Shown one piece after another: positions 18,664 through 27,941 of a stretch of DNA of 64,000 nucleotides. The notes beneath the pieces are model-generated. The model searched no databases. It was not told the origin of the DNA and worked only from the letters and a program-made list of their open reading frames with translations. A program made the translations under genes and the position numbers. Origin of the DNA: Candidatus Saccharimonadales bacterium. Its GTDB lineage: Bacteria > Patescibacteriota > Saccharimonadia > Saccharimonadales > EFPC-124. The number at the start of each line of letters is the position of its first letter. Position 1 is the first letter of the stretch. The stretch lies in contig DATIBO010000006.1 in assembly GCA_035457485.1 (NCBI GenBank), positions 306,659-370,658 of the forward strand, written 5' to 3'.

Positions 18664-19046
18664 GCTACGCCCAAAGCTTCTTTGACTTTTTGGGTAACCT
18701 GACTTGGAGTTAAATCAGCTTTAACAATGTAAGAATGAACATTTAAGTCTTTTAGTTCTTTCGGGGCCTCCTCTTCGCCGAGGTTTGTCAAAATTATAAC
18801 CGGAATGGTTCTGCCCCAATCTGTTGCGCGAATTTTTGCCAAAGCTTGTTCGCCGGTCATTTCGGGCATTTTCAAATCTAATAAAATCATGTCGGGTTGC
18901 ATTTCTTGGCAAAGGTCAACGCCCAGTTTGCCGTTAGACGCAACTTGAACGTCAAAACCTTCGCTCGCAAACTTCATTCGATACATTTGGGCGATCACAT
19001 CGTCATCTTCGATAATTGCGATTTTCAGAGGCTTGTCGTTTTTCAT
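18660..19046 (-). CDS. Stand-alone response-regulator receiver protein (CheY-like)
   Basis: KIAIIEDDD...DMILLDLKMPEMTG...K, with the receiver-domain acidic pocket and phospho-Asp. Confidence 0.85.
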   Translation of the reverse strand: MKNDKPLKIAIIEDDDVIAQMYRMKFASEGFDVQVASNGKLGVDLCQEMQPDMILLDLKMPEMTGEQALAKIRATDWGRTIPVIILTNLGEEEAPKELKDLNVHSYIVKADLTPSQVTQKVKEALGVA

Positions 19047-19155
19047 AGTTATTTAATTATAACCTAAAAATCCCAAAAAATCATGAGCATAAGCGCATAC
19101 ACTTTGGATGTGTATTTATATAATAAATTCTAGATATTGCAATTTTTAGGAAGGT

Positions 19156-19401
19156 ATGATATACCTAAAAACAGTCAAATCAATGACAGTTATGCTGAAA
19201 TATGCCAAAAAAAGCAAGTATCTAAACGTCAAGTTTATTGAACGTCTAGAATACATTACCCCTTATTTTTTATTCGATCTTAAAAAAATCGACAGCAATT
19301 ACAATGCGCTTAAAAAGCACCTAACTAACTTTACTATATCGACTGCCAATATTGCAAATGTAAAATTTACATCTTTTGCCGATCAAGAAGGAGTTAGATA
19401 A
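19156..19401 (+). pseudogene. Probable remnant of the N-terminus of an Orn/DAP-type decarboxylase
   Basis: The ORF contains ITPYFLFDLKKIDSNYNALKKHL. This mimics the N-terminal TPfyvyDl...l motif also present in the next gene (TPFMLTDLGVIRNHCRTFKRL). No catalytic region follows. Confidence 0.35.
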
Positions 19402-20513
19402 TGAGTTACAATAGCAACTTAAATACGCAGACCCCAACGCCATTTATGCTTACAGACCTTGGGGTGATTCGAAACCACTGCCGAACTTTTAAACGGTTAA
19501 TGCCAAAAATTGAACTTTCGTATGCAATGAAAGCCTATCCAGACGACCAAGTACTGCGCGTAGTGGGTGAAGAAGTATCTGGGTTTGACGCCGCATCTAT
19601 TGGCGAAATTGATAAACTTTTAAATATTGGTGTAGACCCAGCTAGGATCGCCTTTAATAACCCTGTCAAATCGCAACAAAACATAGATGAAGCCGTACAA
19701 AAAGGCGTGGTTAAATTTACCTTTCAGTCTAGACAAGAGCTAGATAAACTTGCTAAAAGTGGCAAAAAGCTTGAAGTTTTTGCTCGGGTAAAAATGGATG
19801 ATAGCCACAGTGTTGTTCCACTTTCGACTAAATTTGGTTGTGCGCCCGAAGATGTAACTGAACTTTTACAGTACGCCGAACGACTGGGATTGGCTGCTAA
19901 AGGTATTGCGTTTCATGTTGGCTCCCAACAAACTGGCCTAAACGAATGGACAAGCGCAATTAAAAACGGTATTCAAATCATTAGAAATGCACAAAAGAGC
20001 GGTGTAAAGGCCGATATGATCAATGTTGGTGGTGGCTTTCCGGCGCAGTACCACAAAGGTGATACGACTTTTAAGCAGGTTGCCGAACAAGTCAATGCTG
20101 CAATTGCTGACGCCGATGACATTAAATTTATCGCCGAGCCAGGACGTTATCTAGCGGCTGAATCTTCGATGATCATAACTAGTGTGATCGGTAAAGAAGA
20201 GCGCGGCGGTAAAACCTGGCTATTTTTAGATACCGGTATTTTCCAGGCCTTTGCAGGTGCTCTACGTTTTAAACCTTTCCCATACCCGCCATATTGCCAG
20301 GATAAAACAAGCGAATCGACCAAAGACTATGTTTTGACTGGCCCGACCTGCGACTCGCAAGACGTTTTTCCAGAAGAGATGACCCTGCCTGATAACGTTG
20401 GGGTTGGCGACAAAATATGTTTTCCAAATTCTGGTGCGTACACAGTAGTATACGGCTCGGATTTTAACGGTTTTAGTGTTCCCAAAAGGGTATTTATAGA
20501 TTCGGAAAGGTAA
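19401..20513 (+). CDS. PLP-dependent Orn/Lys/Arg(DAP)-type decarboxylase (alanine-racemase fold)
   Basis: YAMKAYPD (PLP Lys), HVGSQ, GGGFP, EPGRYL and a CDSQD-type C-terminal motif. Confidence 0.8.
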   Translation: MSYNSNLNTQTPTPFMLTDLGVIRNHCRTFKRLMPKIELSYAMKAYPDDQVLRVVGEEVSGFDAASIGEIDKLLNIGVDPARIAFNNPVKSQQNIDEAVQKGVVKFTFQSRQELDKLAKSGKKLEVFARVKMDDSHSVVPLSTKFGCAPEDVTELLQYAERLGLAAKGIAFHVGSQQTGLNEWTSAIKNGIQIIRNAQKSGVKADMINVGGGFPAQYHKGDTTFKQVAEQVNAAIADADDIKFIAEPGRYLAAESSMIITSVIGKEERGGKTWLFLDTGIFQAFAGALRFKPFPYPPYCQDKTSESTKDYVLTGPTCDSQDVFPEEMTLPDNVGVGDKICFPNSGAYTVVYGSDFNGFSVPKRVFIDSER

Positions 20514-20515
20514 AA

Positions 20516-21802
20516 ATGGAAATAGTAACTCACGACCCAACAGATCAAGAATTTAAGCGGGTTGATGAAGCTGCAGATCCATTATCCCAGCTAGAGCGCG
20601 ACGTTGAAAACAAAGAAATTGGAACGCCGATAGACTATGAAACTTACCGCGCATTTTGCGACGTGGCCAACGACGGTTTTAGGCGAATTGGGATTTTAGA
20701 CCCAGAAGCTTATGAGTGGGCCGTTCGCGACAAACGCACAATTCTTTGTAACATCGATGGTCGTACAGTGCCGGCTTTGGTGCCGCTTGACTACGAGGCG
20801 CGCTATAACGATATCCGGACTAAGGAGATGGTCGGAAAGCATGAGGTGATGTTGTTAACGATCCCGATAGATACTGTTGCCGAAGCAAATTTTTCGTTGC
20901 CACAAATTTTAGAAGGTCAGGGTTTGCGCGGTGATTTTGGGATTTTGGTTGAACAACTCCACGAAGGATCGGAGGCTGATATTGAGTTTAAGCGCCAAGA
21001 ACTAGCTAGGCAGTTCGCCTTTTTTGGCGATCTACAGGTTTATGAATTTACTGATCCGCGCATCGATAAACCAGATAACAAAACATCCTGGATGGCCGTT
21101 TACGACTTTAGTTTTAAGTCAGAACGCGAGTATATGGGTGAAAAAACTGGACTTAAACCCGTTGATGCTCTAACAGAAGCCTGGAAGGCTTACAAAGCCG
21201 AGAAGAGTTTACCTGACGAGCCGTCACAAGATTCCAACGCAACCTATCTTTTTACGGCGCGTGAACTTATGGAGAACCAAAGGTTACTCAACGACCTGTG
21301 GGCGATCTCGGAGGTGGGTTTCGGCGAAGTCTTAGGTGCGTACCACCCAATTTCGATGGAAGTTACAAAAAGCTTTTTTCAAGCGCACGTTACCAGCGAC
21401 GAAGTTTTAACGTCTGTAAAATTTGTTAATGGTAAGGCGGTTTGTTTTGGATTTTTAGCGCCAAACATGGAATATAACGACTGGATGGATTGCGACTCGA
21501 CAGTATTGAAGGAGTCGATTCAGGGTGCAAAAGAAAACGGCAAGCAAGTCGCTCATTTCTTTGAGCTGATAAGTGGTGGTGAAGCGGGTTTAGCGCTTTC
21601 GTCGAGTATTATCGACTTATTCTTGGAGCTTGCAAGTCGCACAGAATATCCAGATTGGCATGTGATTTTTGAATCAACGAACTTGTCCGATATGTATATT
21701 CCACGAATCGCTGAGCTCTTGATCCGACGATCGCAAAACGTTTTGTTGACTCAACCAGTAAAAAAGGCAGCCCAGCTCGATTACTGGTGTCTTGCTGCTT
21801 AA
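20516..21802 (+). CDS. Hypothetical 428-aa acidic protein tightly coupled to the decarboxylase
   Basis: Track ORF starting 2 nt after the decarboxylase stop. I recognise no family. Confidence 0.55.
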   Translation: MEIVTHDPTDQEFKRVDEAADPLSQLERDVENKEIGTPIDYETYRAFCDVANDGFRRIGILDPEAYEWAVRDKRTILCNIDGRTVPALVPLDYEARYNDIRTKEMVGKHEVMLLTIPIDTVAEANFSLPQILEGQGLRGDFGILVEQLHEGSEADIEFKRQELARQFAFFGDLQVYEFTDPRIDKPDNKTSWMAVYDFSFKSEREYMGEKTGLKPVDALTEAWKAYKAEKSLPDEPSQDSNATYLFTARELMENQRLLNDLWAISEVGFGEVLGAYHPISMEVTKSFFQAHVTSDEVLTSVKFVNGKAVCFGFLAPNMEYNDWMDCDSTVLKESIQGAKENGKQVAHFFELISGGEAGLALSSSIIDLFLELASRTEYPDWHVIFESTNLSDMYIPRIAELLIRRSQNVLLTQPVKKAAQLDYWCLAA

Positions 21803-23997
21803 TTGATGTACAATTAAAGCATGAGCTTATTTTGTCGTACTGGGCAGCAATGGACGGTTTAGTCTTTACTTTGCTGCTGTTGTATTTTATTGAGGTCATA
21901 GGCTTTTTTGTAATTGCCGGCTTGGTTATATTGCGCAAAAGAACCTCGCTTTATGTTGGGTTCTTTTTGTTTTCGCTTTTTGTGGGAATTTGGCAGTCTA
22001 TGCAGTTTTTGTCGCAGGTTGTCTCAGCTAATCATGCGGCTGCTGTCGCGTTTTTGCAGACCTCGATTGTTTTTGCTGGCCCGATGGCAGCATTCTTTTT
22101 GATTTTTGCTAGGCTTTATACAGGTCAAAAACCCAAGTATTTACTGTATGTAAGCATCGGAACTCTAACCGGTTTGATAACGCTTTTATCCGATAACGTG
22201 CAGAATGTCGAAATTGATTATTTGGGGATTGGCGTTCCTAAGCTTGACTTGTGGTATGGACTGCTGATCGGTTTTGGCGCTTTTTGCATAACATCGGGAG
22301 TAGTTAAAATTATTTTGCATTTAAAGCATGCAAAAAATCAAAATGATCGTCGGCGCGATATAACTCTAATTACTGTGATGGCAAGTGTCGGTGCTTTAGT
22401 CACATTTTCGAGTTTTTACACATCCGACTTTTCCGCGAGTATAATCGCGCAACATTTAATTCCGGCTGCGGTTTTGGCTGCAATGTTCTCGTTTTTCTAC
22501 GTGATTTATCGCGGCTTGTTTGATATTCATTTTTTTGTGATTCGTGCTTTATCATATTTGATAACAGTTTTTATCTTGACAGTGTTTGTGATAACTCCAA
22601 TTGTGTTAGGTTTAAGTTATGTTGCCAATGTTAAATTGACTTTTGGTCAAGTAATAATTTTGGCACTTGGCACGGTCTTACTACTTTACTTGTTACTTTT
22701 GATTAGACGCGTTTTTGACAAAGTAACAAAGCGTGTGTTTTTCAGGGATATATATAGCTCGCAAGATGTCATTGACAGCCTGAGCGGCGCATTAGCACGC
22801 ACAATCGATCTTGATCTGATAATTCAAAAGAGTTCAAACATTTTAACGCGGGCACTAAAACCGACTTTTGTTAGATTTATTTTAAACAACGTACATTCGG
22901 GCGAGGATCAGGAATTGCTTAACACTATCCAGGAATTCTCGTTTCCTAAAACGAACTGTATCTTATTCGATGATTACTCGGATTCTAAGCTGCCGCGAGT
23001 AATAAAAGAAAACAAGGTTGATGCAGTTGTGCGTTTAAGATCAACCAGCGCTGTAATTGGCTATATTGTTTTGGGACACAAAGAGTCTGGTCAAACATAC
23101 ACGACGCGCGACACAAGGCTTCTGAGCACTGTATCGCAGGAGTTAGCTATTGCCTTGCAGAATGCGTTGCATTTTGAGGAGATCCAAAACTTTAACCTAA
23201 AACTTAAACAAGAAGTCGAAGACGCTACGGCTCAGCTTCGTGAAACCAATAAAAAGCTGCGTAAGCTTGACGAAATTAAAGATGAGTTTATCAGCATGGC
23301 CTCGCACCAGCTTCGAACGCCGCTCACGAGCGCCAAGGGGTACATTAGCATGGTTTTAGAAGGCGATGTGGGTAGGGTGACTCCACAGCAACGTGAGTTG
23401 TTGGAACAGGCTTTTAGCAGTACTCAGCGTATGGTTTATTTGATCGGTGATTTTTTAAATGTTTCACGCCTGCAAACTGGTAAGTTTATAATTGAATGGA
23501 AGTTATCTAATTTGGCGGATATTGTCGAGCAAGAGGTCAAACAGCTGCGCGAAACCGCGAAGCGCCGCGACATTGAGTTAATTTACGACAAGCCACAAAA
23601 CTTCCCTGAGATTTACTTGGACGAGACTAAAATCCACCAGGTAATCATGAACTTTATAGACAACGCTATTTTTTACACCCGACCTCAAGGCAAAGTCGAG
23701 GTCAGGTTATCCGCGCTACCCGAAGGCTATAAACTAGAAGTAAAAGACAACGGAATCGGTGTCCCCGAAGCTGAACGCCACAAATTATTTAGTAAGTTCT
23801 TTAGAGCTGATAATGCCAAAAAAGCTCGGCCAGATGGCACTGGAATCGGTCTGTTTATGGCTAAAAAAGTAGTTAACGCACTGGGCGGTAGTTTAATTTT
23901 TGACTCTAAAGTAGGCAAGGGGAGTACGTTTGGGTTTTTGCTGCCGAGTAGTTTGAAAGAAAAACCCAGTTCAATTATTCAGACTGATCAGAATTAA
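21787..23997 (+). CDS. Multi-TM sensor histidine kinase
   Basis: About 8 TM N-terminal region, H-box SHQLRTPLTS, and N/G boxes (NAIFYT, DNGIGV, GTGIGL). The exact start is uncertain. Confidence 0.85.
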   Translation: MSCCLIDVQLKHELILSYWAAMDGLVFTLLLLYFIEVIGFFVIAGLVILRKRTSLYVGFFLFSLFVGIWQSMQFLSQVVSANHAAAVAFLQTSIVFAGPMAAFFLIFARLYTGQKPKYLLYVSIGTLTGLITLLSDNVQNVEIDYLGIGVPKLDLWYGLLIGFGAFCITSGVVKIILHLKHAKNQNDRRRDITLITVMASVGALVTFSSFYTSDFSASIIAQHLIPAAVLAAMFSFFYVIYRGLFDIHFFVIRALSYLITVFILTVFVITPIVLGLSYVANVKLTFGQVIILALGTVLLLYLLLLIRRVFDKVTKRVFFRDIYSSQDVIDSLSGALARTIDLDLIIQKSSNILTRALKPTFVRFILNNVHSGEDQELLNTIQEFSFPKTNCILFDDYSDSKLPRVIKENKVDAVVRLRSTSAVIGYIVLGHKESGQTYTTRDTRLLSTVSQELAIALQNALHFEEIQNFNLKLKQEVEDATAQLRETNKKLRKLDEIKDEFISMASHQLRTPLTSAKGYISMVLEGDVGRVTPQQRELLEQAFSSTQRMVYLIGDFLNVSRLQTGKFIIEWKLSNLADIVEQEVKQLRETAKRRDIELIYDKPQNFPEIYLDETKIHQVIMNFIDNAIFYTRPQGKVEVRLSALPEGYKLEVKDNGIGVPEAERHKLFSKFFRADNAKKARPDGTGIGLFMAKKVVNALGGSLIFDSKVGKGSTFGFLLPSSLKEKPSSIIQTDQN

Positions 23998-24898
23998 TTT
24001 CCCTCCACCGTTTGATCTCGTCTTGGGTTGGCTTTGATAAACTTACGTCAATCTTAATACTACTAAGTAATAAATCTAAAGTTCTACTGTTAAGTAATTC
24101 AATTATTTTATCTTTATCAAATCCGTGCTTGTAGTTTTTGGCCCATACGGCAATGTGATTTTTTATCTGTTTGTATTTAGGGTGTAGTTTTTTTTGAGTT
24201 ATAGATTCACGGGCTAGTTTTAAAACTTCTTTTTTGCTGAAGGTTTTAGATATTAAATACCCTGCAGTAACTGTAGTCGATTCTTTTTCTTGTAGAGTGT
24301 CGCTCATTTTGCAGTAGGCGTATGTTTTCTTACGAAGCTCTCGACTGATCGTGTCTGCTAAAATCACCGACAGCCTTGTGAAAATTGCAAGATTCTCATC
24401 GTTTTGTCCATAAGCTGTCTTAGGTAATTTAATTTTAATCCGCAATCCATTAAAGTTTTCAAGCGCAGGAATAAACTTGTAGTAGTCTAAATTTTCATGA
24501 TCAGCGTCCTGAGGGTCTTTAAAGTTACTTGTTTTTTGCCAGTCGTTGTTGTAAAGCTTATTCAAGGCATCCTTCAAGGCGTCGATTTCAAAATTAATTC
24601 TGCATGCATCCTCTGCTTCAACCTCTTTTATTGCTGCAGTAATTTGGACGTCCTCGGGTGGCTGTAGGTTTTTTAAGGATTCCTTAAAAACACTAATTGT
24701 GTTGTCGTCGTAAAAAACAAACGACAGCTTAATTAAGTGGCCACTAAATGTGTTGGCAAAGATAAAGAAGTCAATGTCTGGTACGAACCCTTTTTTAGCT
24801 AAAGTATCCTCAAGGTTTGCAATGACAATATGCTCATATAAATGAGCTATATCCCAGTTGTGGGGTTTGTAGTTTTTTGTAAAAAATATTGTCTTCAT
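23975..24898 (-). CDS. Hypothetical 307-aa protein (very AT-rich gene)
   Basis: Track ORF, convergent with the kinase gene and overlapping it by 23 nt. No recognisable motifs. Confidence 0.5.
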   Translation of the reverse strand: MKTIFFTKNYKPHNWDIAHLYEHIVIANLEDTLAKKGFVPDIDFFIFANTFSGHLIKLSFVFYDDNTISVFKESLKNLQPPEDVQITAAIKEVEAEDACRINFEIDALKDALNKLYNNDWQKTSNFKDPQDADHENLDYYKFIPALENFNGLRIKIKLPKTAYGQNDENLAIFTRLSVILADTISRELRKKTYAYCKMSDTLQEKESTTVTAGYLISKTFSKKEVLKLARESITQKKLHPKYKQIKNHIAVWAKNYKHGFDKDKIIELLNSRTLDLLLSSIKIDVSLSKPTQDEIKRWREINSDQSE

Positions 24899-24908
24899 TT
24901 TGTGATTG

Positions 24909-24936
24909 CCTCACGCCCTCTTCGAAGGGCGTGAGG
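24909..24936. terminator. GC hairpin between convergent/tandem genes
   Basis: CCTCACGCCC-N8-GGGCGTGAGG, a perfect 10-bp stem. Confidence 0.5.
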
Positions 24937-24966
24937 ACTTTGTCTTGCTGATCGGGCCTGATGAAG

Positions 24967-25179
24967 CTACCTGCGCTTCTTCTTGGCCTTACCCTTGCCG
25001 TGGCTCATCTTGCTGGAGCCAAGGCCCAGTAGGTGGTCGATGAACGTACCGCCACCGTGACCACCAGCGCCGTTGCCTCGACCGCCGCCGCTACTTCCGC
25101 GACGGGGCTGACCAGACTGACCTCGCCCGTCCATGTGGGGTTGGCTTTGTCCGGCGCCGAATTGCTTCGACTTTGCCAC
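24967..25179 (-). CDS. GC-rich 70-aa Gly-rich, strongly basic peptide
   Basis: GTG start 7 nt after GAGGGAG. Translation: MAKSKQFGAGQSQPHMDGRGQSGQPRRGSSGGGRGNGAGGHGGG...KGKAKKKRR. Composition contrasts with the flanks. Confidence 0.5.
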   Translation of the reverse strand: MAKSKQFGAGQSQPHMDGRGQSGQPRRGSSGGGRGNGAGGHGGGTFIDHLLGLGSSKMSHGKGKAKKKRR

Positions 25180-25255
25180 CGAGTTCTCCCTCGGGTATCG
25201 AAATTAAGACTACTTTCTGTAGCCCAATATATTATGAACTGTAACAACCAAATTT

Positions 25256-25486
25256 TCAATTAATAATGCGAATAAACTCGTAAATCAAATACCCAAAAAT
25301 AACAATCCCACCCGCAATCATAGCGATTAGTTTTACGCGCTTTTTGTTCTCGTGCCACCATTCACCCAGCGGCGACCGCACTACGGCAGTAACTCGAGTG
25401 ATGTTAGGTTTAGAAGCAGCTGCATCTGCACCGGAATACTTTCTATCACGCTTCTTATTTTTACGACTCATATGTTTATTATACAA
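25256..25486 (-). CDS. Small basic membrane-anchored protein (76 aa)
   Basis: Track ORF with a basic N-terminus and a C-terminal TM (LIAMIAGGIVIFGYLIY). Confidence 0.45.
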   Translation of the reverse strand: MYNKHMSRKNKKRDRKYSGADAAASKPNITRVTAVVRSPLGEWWHENKKRVKLIAMIAGGIVIFGYLIYEFIRIIN

Positions 25487-25539
25487 CTAAAACCGCCCCA
25501 TTCACAGGGGCGGCCGTAGTTGCTTAGAGCGGTCAGTTA

Positions 25540-27009
25540 TTATCGCTTAAAGATTTTGTCTAGTAGGTTTTTGCGGCTTGCGCGGTAGTACATACCAGCA
25601 CCAGCTACGCTACCAAGGCCTAGAGCGCTCATTGCGATTTCGGCAGGACCGGTTTTAACGATCTCTTTTGGTAGGATTTCCTTACAGGCGTCATCACCCT
25701 TAGGGATTCCGGGCTTACATTCCTCTACAGGAGGCTGACATTCAGGCGCGTTTGGGGTATCCTCGCAGGTATACTCACGAAGCTCGATCTCGACCTGACA
25801 TTGTTTGCTTTGCACACCGTTGGCTACGCTAAAGTCTAGCTTGGCTTTAATAACTTTTTTACCAGTTAGCTTTGCGTCGTATTCGTGCTCAACTTTTACT
25901 AAGATTTTGCCAGTTTCAACAGCAGGTTTGATGTTGTTTGCAGCTTGGCCGTCACCAAAGTCAAAGTCGACTTTGTTTAGTTTTGCGCCGTCTTTAGCGG
26001 TAGCTTGTAGTTCAAACAAGTATTTGCGTTTGCCGCTAATTAATTTAGCGCTTAGAGTGTCGCAGGCGTATACAGGAACTTTTTCTTCTTCGACAGTTAC
26101 TTCGGTAACACAGTACTCACTAGTAAAGGTTTTAGTTTTGTTGCCTGGCAAAGTTACGGTAACTGTAACTTTTACAGTGTATTTACCAGCCTTGGTGTAG
26201 CTGTGTTGGTAGGCGAACATCTCGCTCTTGTTAGTAACTTCTTTTTTATTACCGTCACCAAAGTCGTACTCAACTTTTGTGATGTTAGCATTGTTTTTTT
26301 CGTAGGTGTCAGTTTTAAACTTGAATGTGTTGCGATTGATCTTGTCGGCAGACAAAGATTTACATTTGTATTCAGGTTTAACGTTTTTACCCCAAACTGG
26401 GTTACCACAGCTGTTCATTGCAGCGAATTCTACTTCACCGTCGTCGTTGAACAAAATGAACACTGGGATTTTTTGAGTTGTAGGAGCAAAGCCAACTTCT
26501 AATATGCTCTTGTAGTAAGTTTCGGTGCCAACTTTAATTGCGACACGACGTGGGTCTTGGCGGTCTTGGCGACCAAGGCTCCATGCGTTAGTCATGTAAA
26601 CGGTGTTACCGTCCATTGAAGTCACGCGACCATCGCGCCATGCCCAGCCTTGAACGCCTTGGCTAACATAACGATCTAAGTCGGCTTGGCTTAAACCGCC
26701 ATTTGCAACGCTACTGTTAAAGTTATGTGCGTAAAGGTTTTTTAAGTCCTTAGTGGCGTTAGTGTTGTACTTACTCTTAAATTCGTTAAGGTTTTGAAAA
26801 CCACACCAAATAATAGAGTTGTCGTCACAGTCTTGCGGAAGAGCGTGAACAACGCTTTGAGTTAATGTATTGTAACCAAGCAATCCAGCAACGGCCATAG
26901 TTAGGCCTAACGCAAACATCTTTGGTTTAAACAATTTTTTAATAAAATTCACCTTGAACACCTCGTTTAAGATTTGTTTTATAGTAACATTAAACCTTAA
27001 TAATGTCAA
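25540..27009 (-). CDS. Secreted surface protein with two PKD-like repeats and a C-terminal sorting-signal-like tail
   Basis: N-terminal TM/signal, YDFGDGN and FDFGDGQ PKD signatures. C-terminus: VKTGP + hydrophobic stretch + RASRKN. Confidence 0.65.
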   Translation of the reverse strand: MTLLRFNVTIKQILNEVFKVNFIKKLFKPKMFALGLTMAVAGLLGYNTLTQSVVHALPQDCDDNSIIWCGFQNLNEFKSKYNTNATKDLKNLYAHNFNSSVANGGLSQADLDRYVSQGVQGWAWRDGRVTSMDGNTVYMTNAWSLGRQDRQDPRRVAIKVGTETYYKSILEVGFAPTTQKIPVFILFNDDGEVEFAAMNSCGNPVWGKNVKPEYKCKSLSADKINRNTFKFKTDTYEKNNANITKVEYDFGDGNKKEVTNKSEMFAYQHSYTKAGKYTVKVTVTVTLPGNKTKTFTSEYCVTEVTVEEEKVPVYACDTLSAKLISGKRKYLFELQATAKDGAKLNKVDFDFGDGQAANNIKPAVETGKILVKVEHEYDAKLTGKKVIKAKLDFSVANGVQSKQCQVEIELREYTCEDTPNAPECQPPVEECKPGIPKGDDACKEILPKEIVKTGPAEIAMSALGLGSVAGAGMYYRASRKNLLDKIFKR

Positions 27010-27076
27010 CTATGCTAATGAGTAAAATCATGTTTTTCCACAGATTTTCATCTGTTAATGAGGTATAATAAAAATT

Positions 27077-27487
27077 GTGAAAAAAGACTTGACGAACTTT
27101 GCTAAGATAATTTCTACCCCTGTTAGGGCTGGGTTTCCTAACCCGGCAGAAGATGCGCGTGGCGTGGCTCTCGATCTTAACGATTTGATTGTCAAGAATC
27201 CAATCAGCACTTTTTATGTAAGGGTCGAAGGAGACTCGATGGTAGGCGCCGGAATTAACGGGGGTGATATCGTGGTTATCGACAAATCTTTAAATCCAAA
27301 AAATGGCGATATTGTAATAGCGGCTGTAGATGGTGAGTTTACTTTAAAACACCTTAAAACCGAAGGCAGAACCAAAGCCTGGTTGATTGCTGCCAATCCA
27401 GACTACCCACCAATTTCGCTACACGAAGCCGCGGAGGCTAGTATATGGGGTGTTGTAACCTACGTAATTCATAAAACGCGAGTATAA
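27077..27487 (+). CDS. umuD: UmuD/LexA-type S24 peptidase
   Basis: GDSM (catalytic Ser) and the ...LKHL K region. 136 aa. GTG start. A umuC-like gene lies nearby. Confidence 0.75.
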   Translation: MKKDLTNFAKIISTPVRAGFPNPAEDARGVALDLNDLIVKNPISTFYVRVEGDSMVGAGINGGDIVVIDKSLNPKNGDIVIAAVDGEFTLKHLKTEGRTKAWLIAANPDYPPISLHEAAEASIWGVVTYVIHKTRV

Positions 27488-27494
27488 TTAAATT

Positions 27495-27941
27495 ATGAAT
27501 TTACAAGATCTTATTAAAAGTTATGTTCTACAAGGCCAAGTTACGCAGTTAGCGACCATTCAAGATGGCAAGCCTTGGGTCTGTACGGTTCTTTTTGACG
27601 CTGATGAAAACTTAAACCTATATTGGGTGAGCGATACAGATTGCCGACATAGCCAAGAGATTTCAAACAACCCTCAAGCGGCTGCTGCAGTGGCCATAAA
27701 GACGGATTGGCCGGTTGTTGGCTTGCAATTTGAAGGCGTGGCTGGGACGGTCGACGACGACGCGGAACTTGAGCGCGCCTTAAAAAGCTATGCAAAAAAA
27801 CATGATCGTGATGAAAAGTTTGTATCCAGCGTGATCGACGGGTCGTCTGGTAAAAAAGTCTATCGTTTAATGCCAGATCATATACAGCTGTTCAGTCCTA
27901 AAGATTTTCCAGATGAGCCGAAACAAGAATGGCGGCTGTAA
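27495..27941 (+). CDS. Pyridoxamine 5'-phosphate oxidase-like FMN-binding protein
   Basis: 148 aa with a split-barrel-type sequence (ATIQDGKPWVCTVLFDADENLNLYWVS). Resemblance only. Confidence 0.5.
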   Translation: MNLQDLIKSYVLQGQVTQLATIQDGKPWVCTVLFDADENLNLYWVSDTDCRHSQEISNNPQAAAAVAIKTDWPVVGLQFEGVAGTVDDDAELERALKSYAKKHDRDEKFVSSVIDGSSGKKVYRLMPDHIQLFSPKDFPDEPKQEWRL

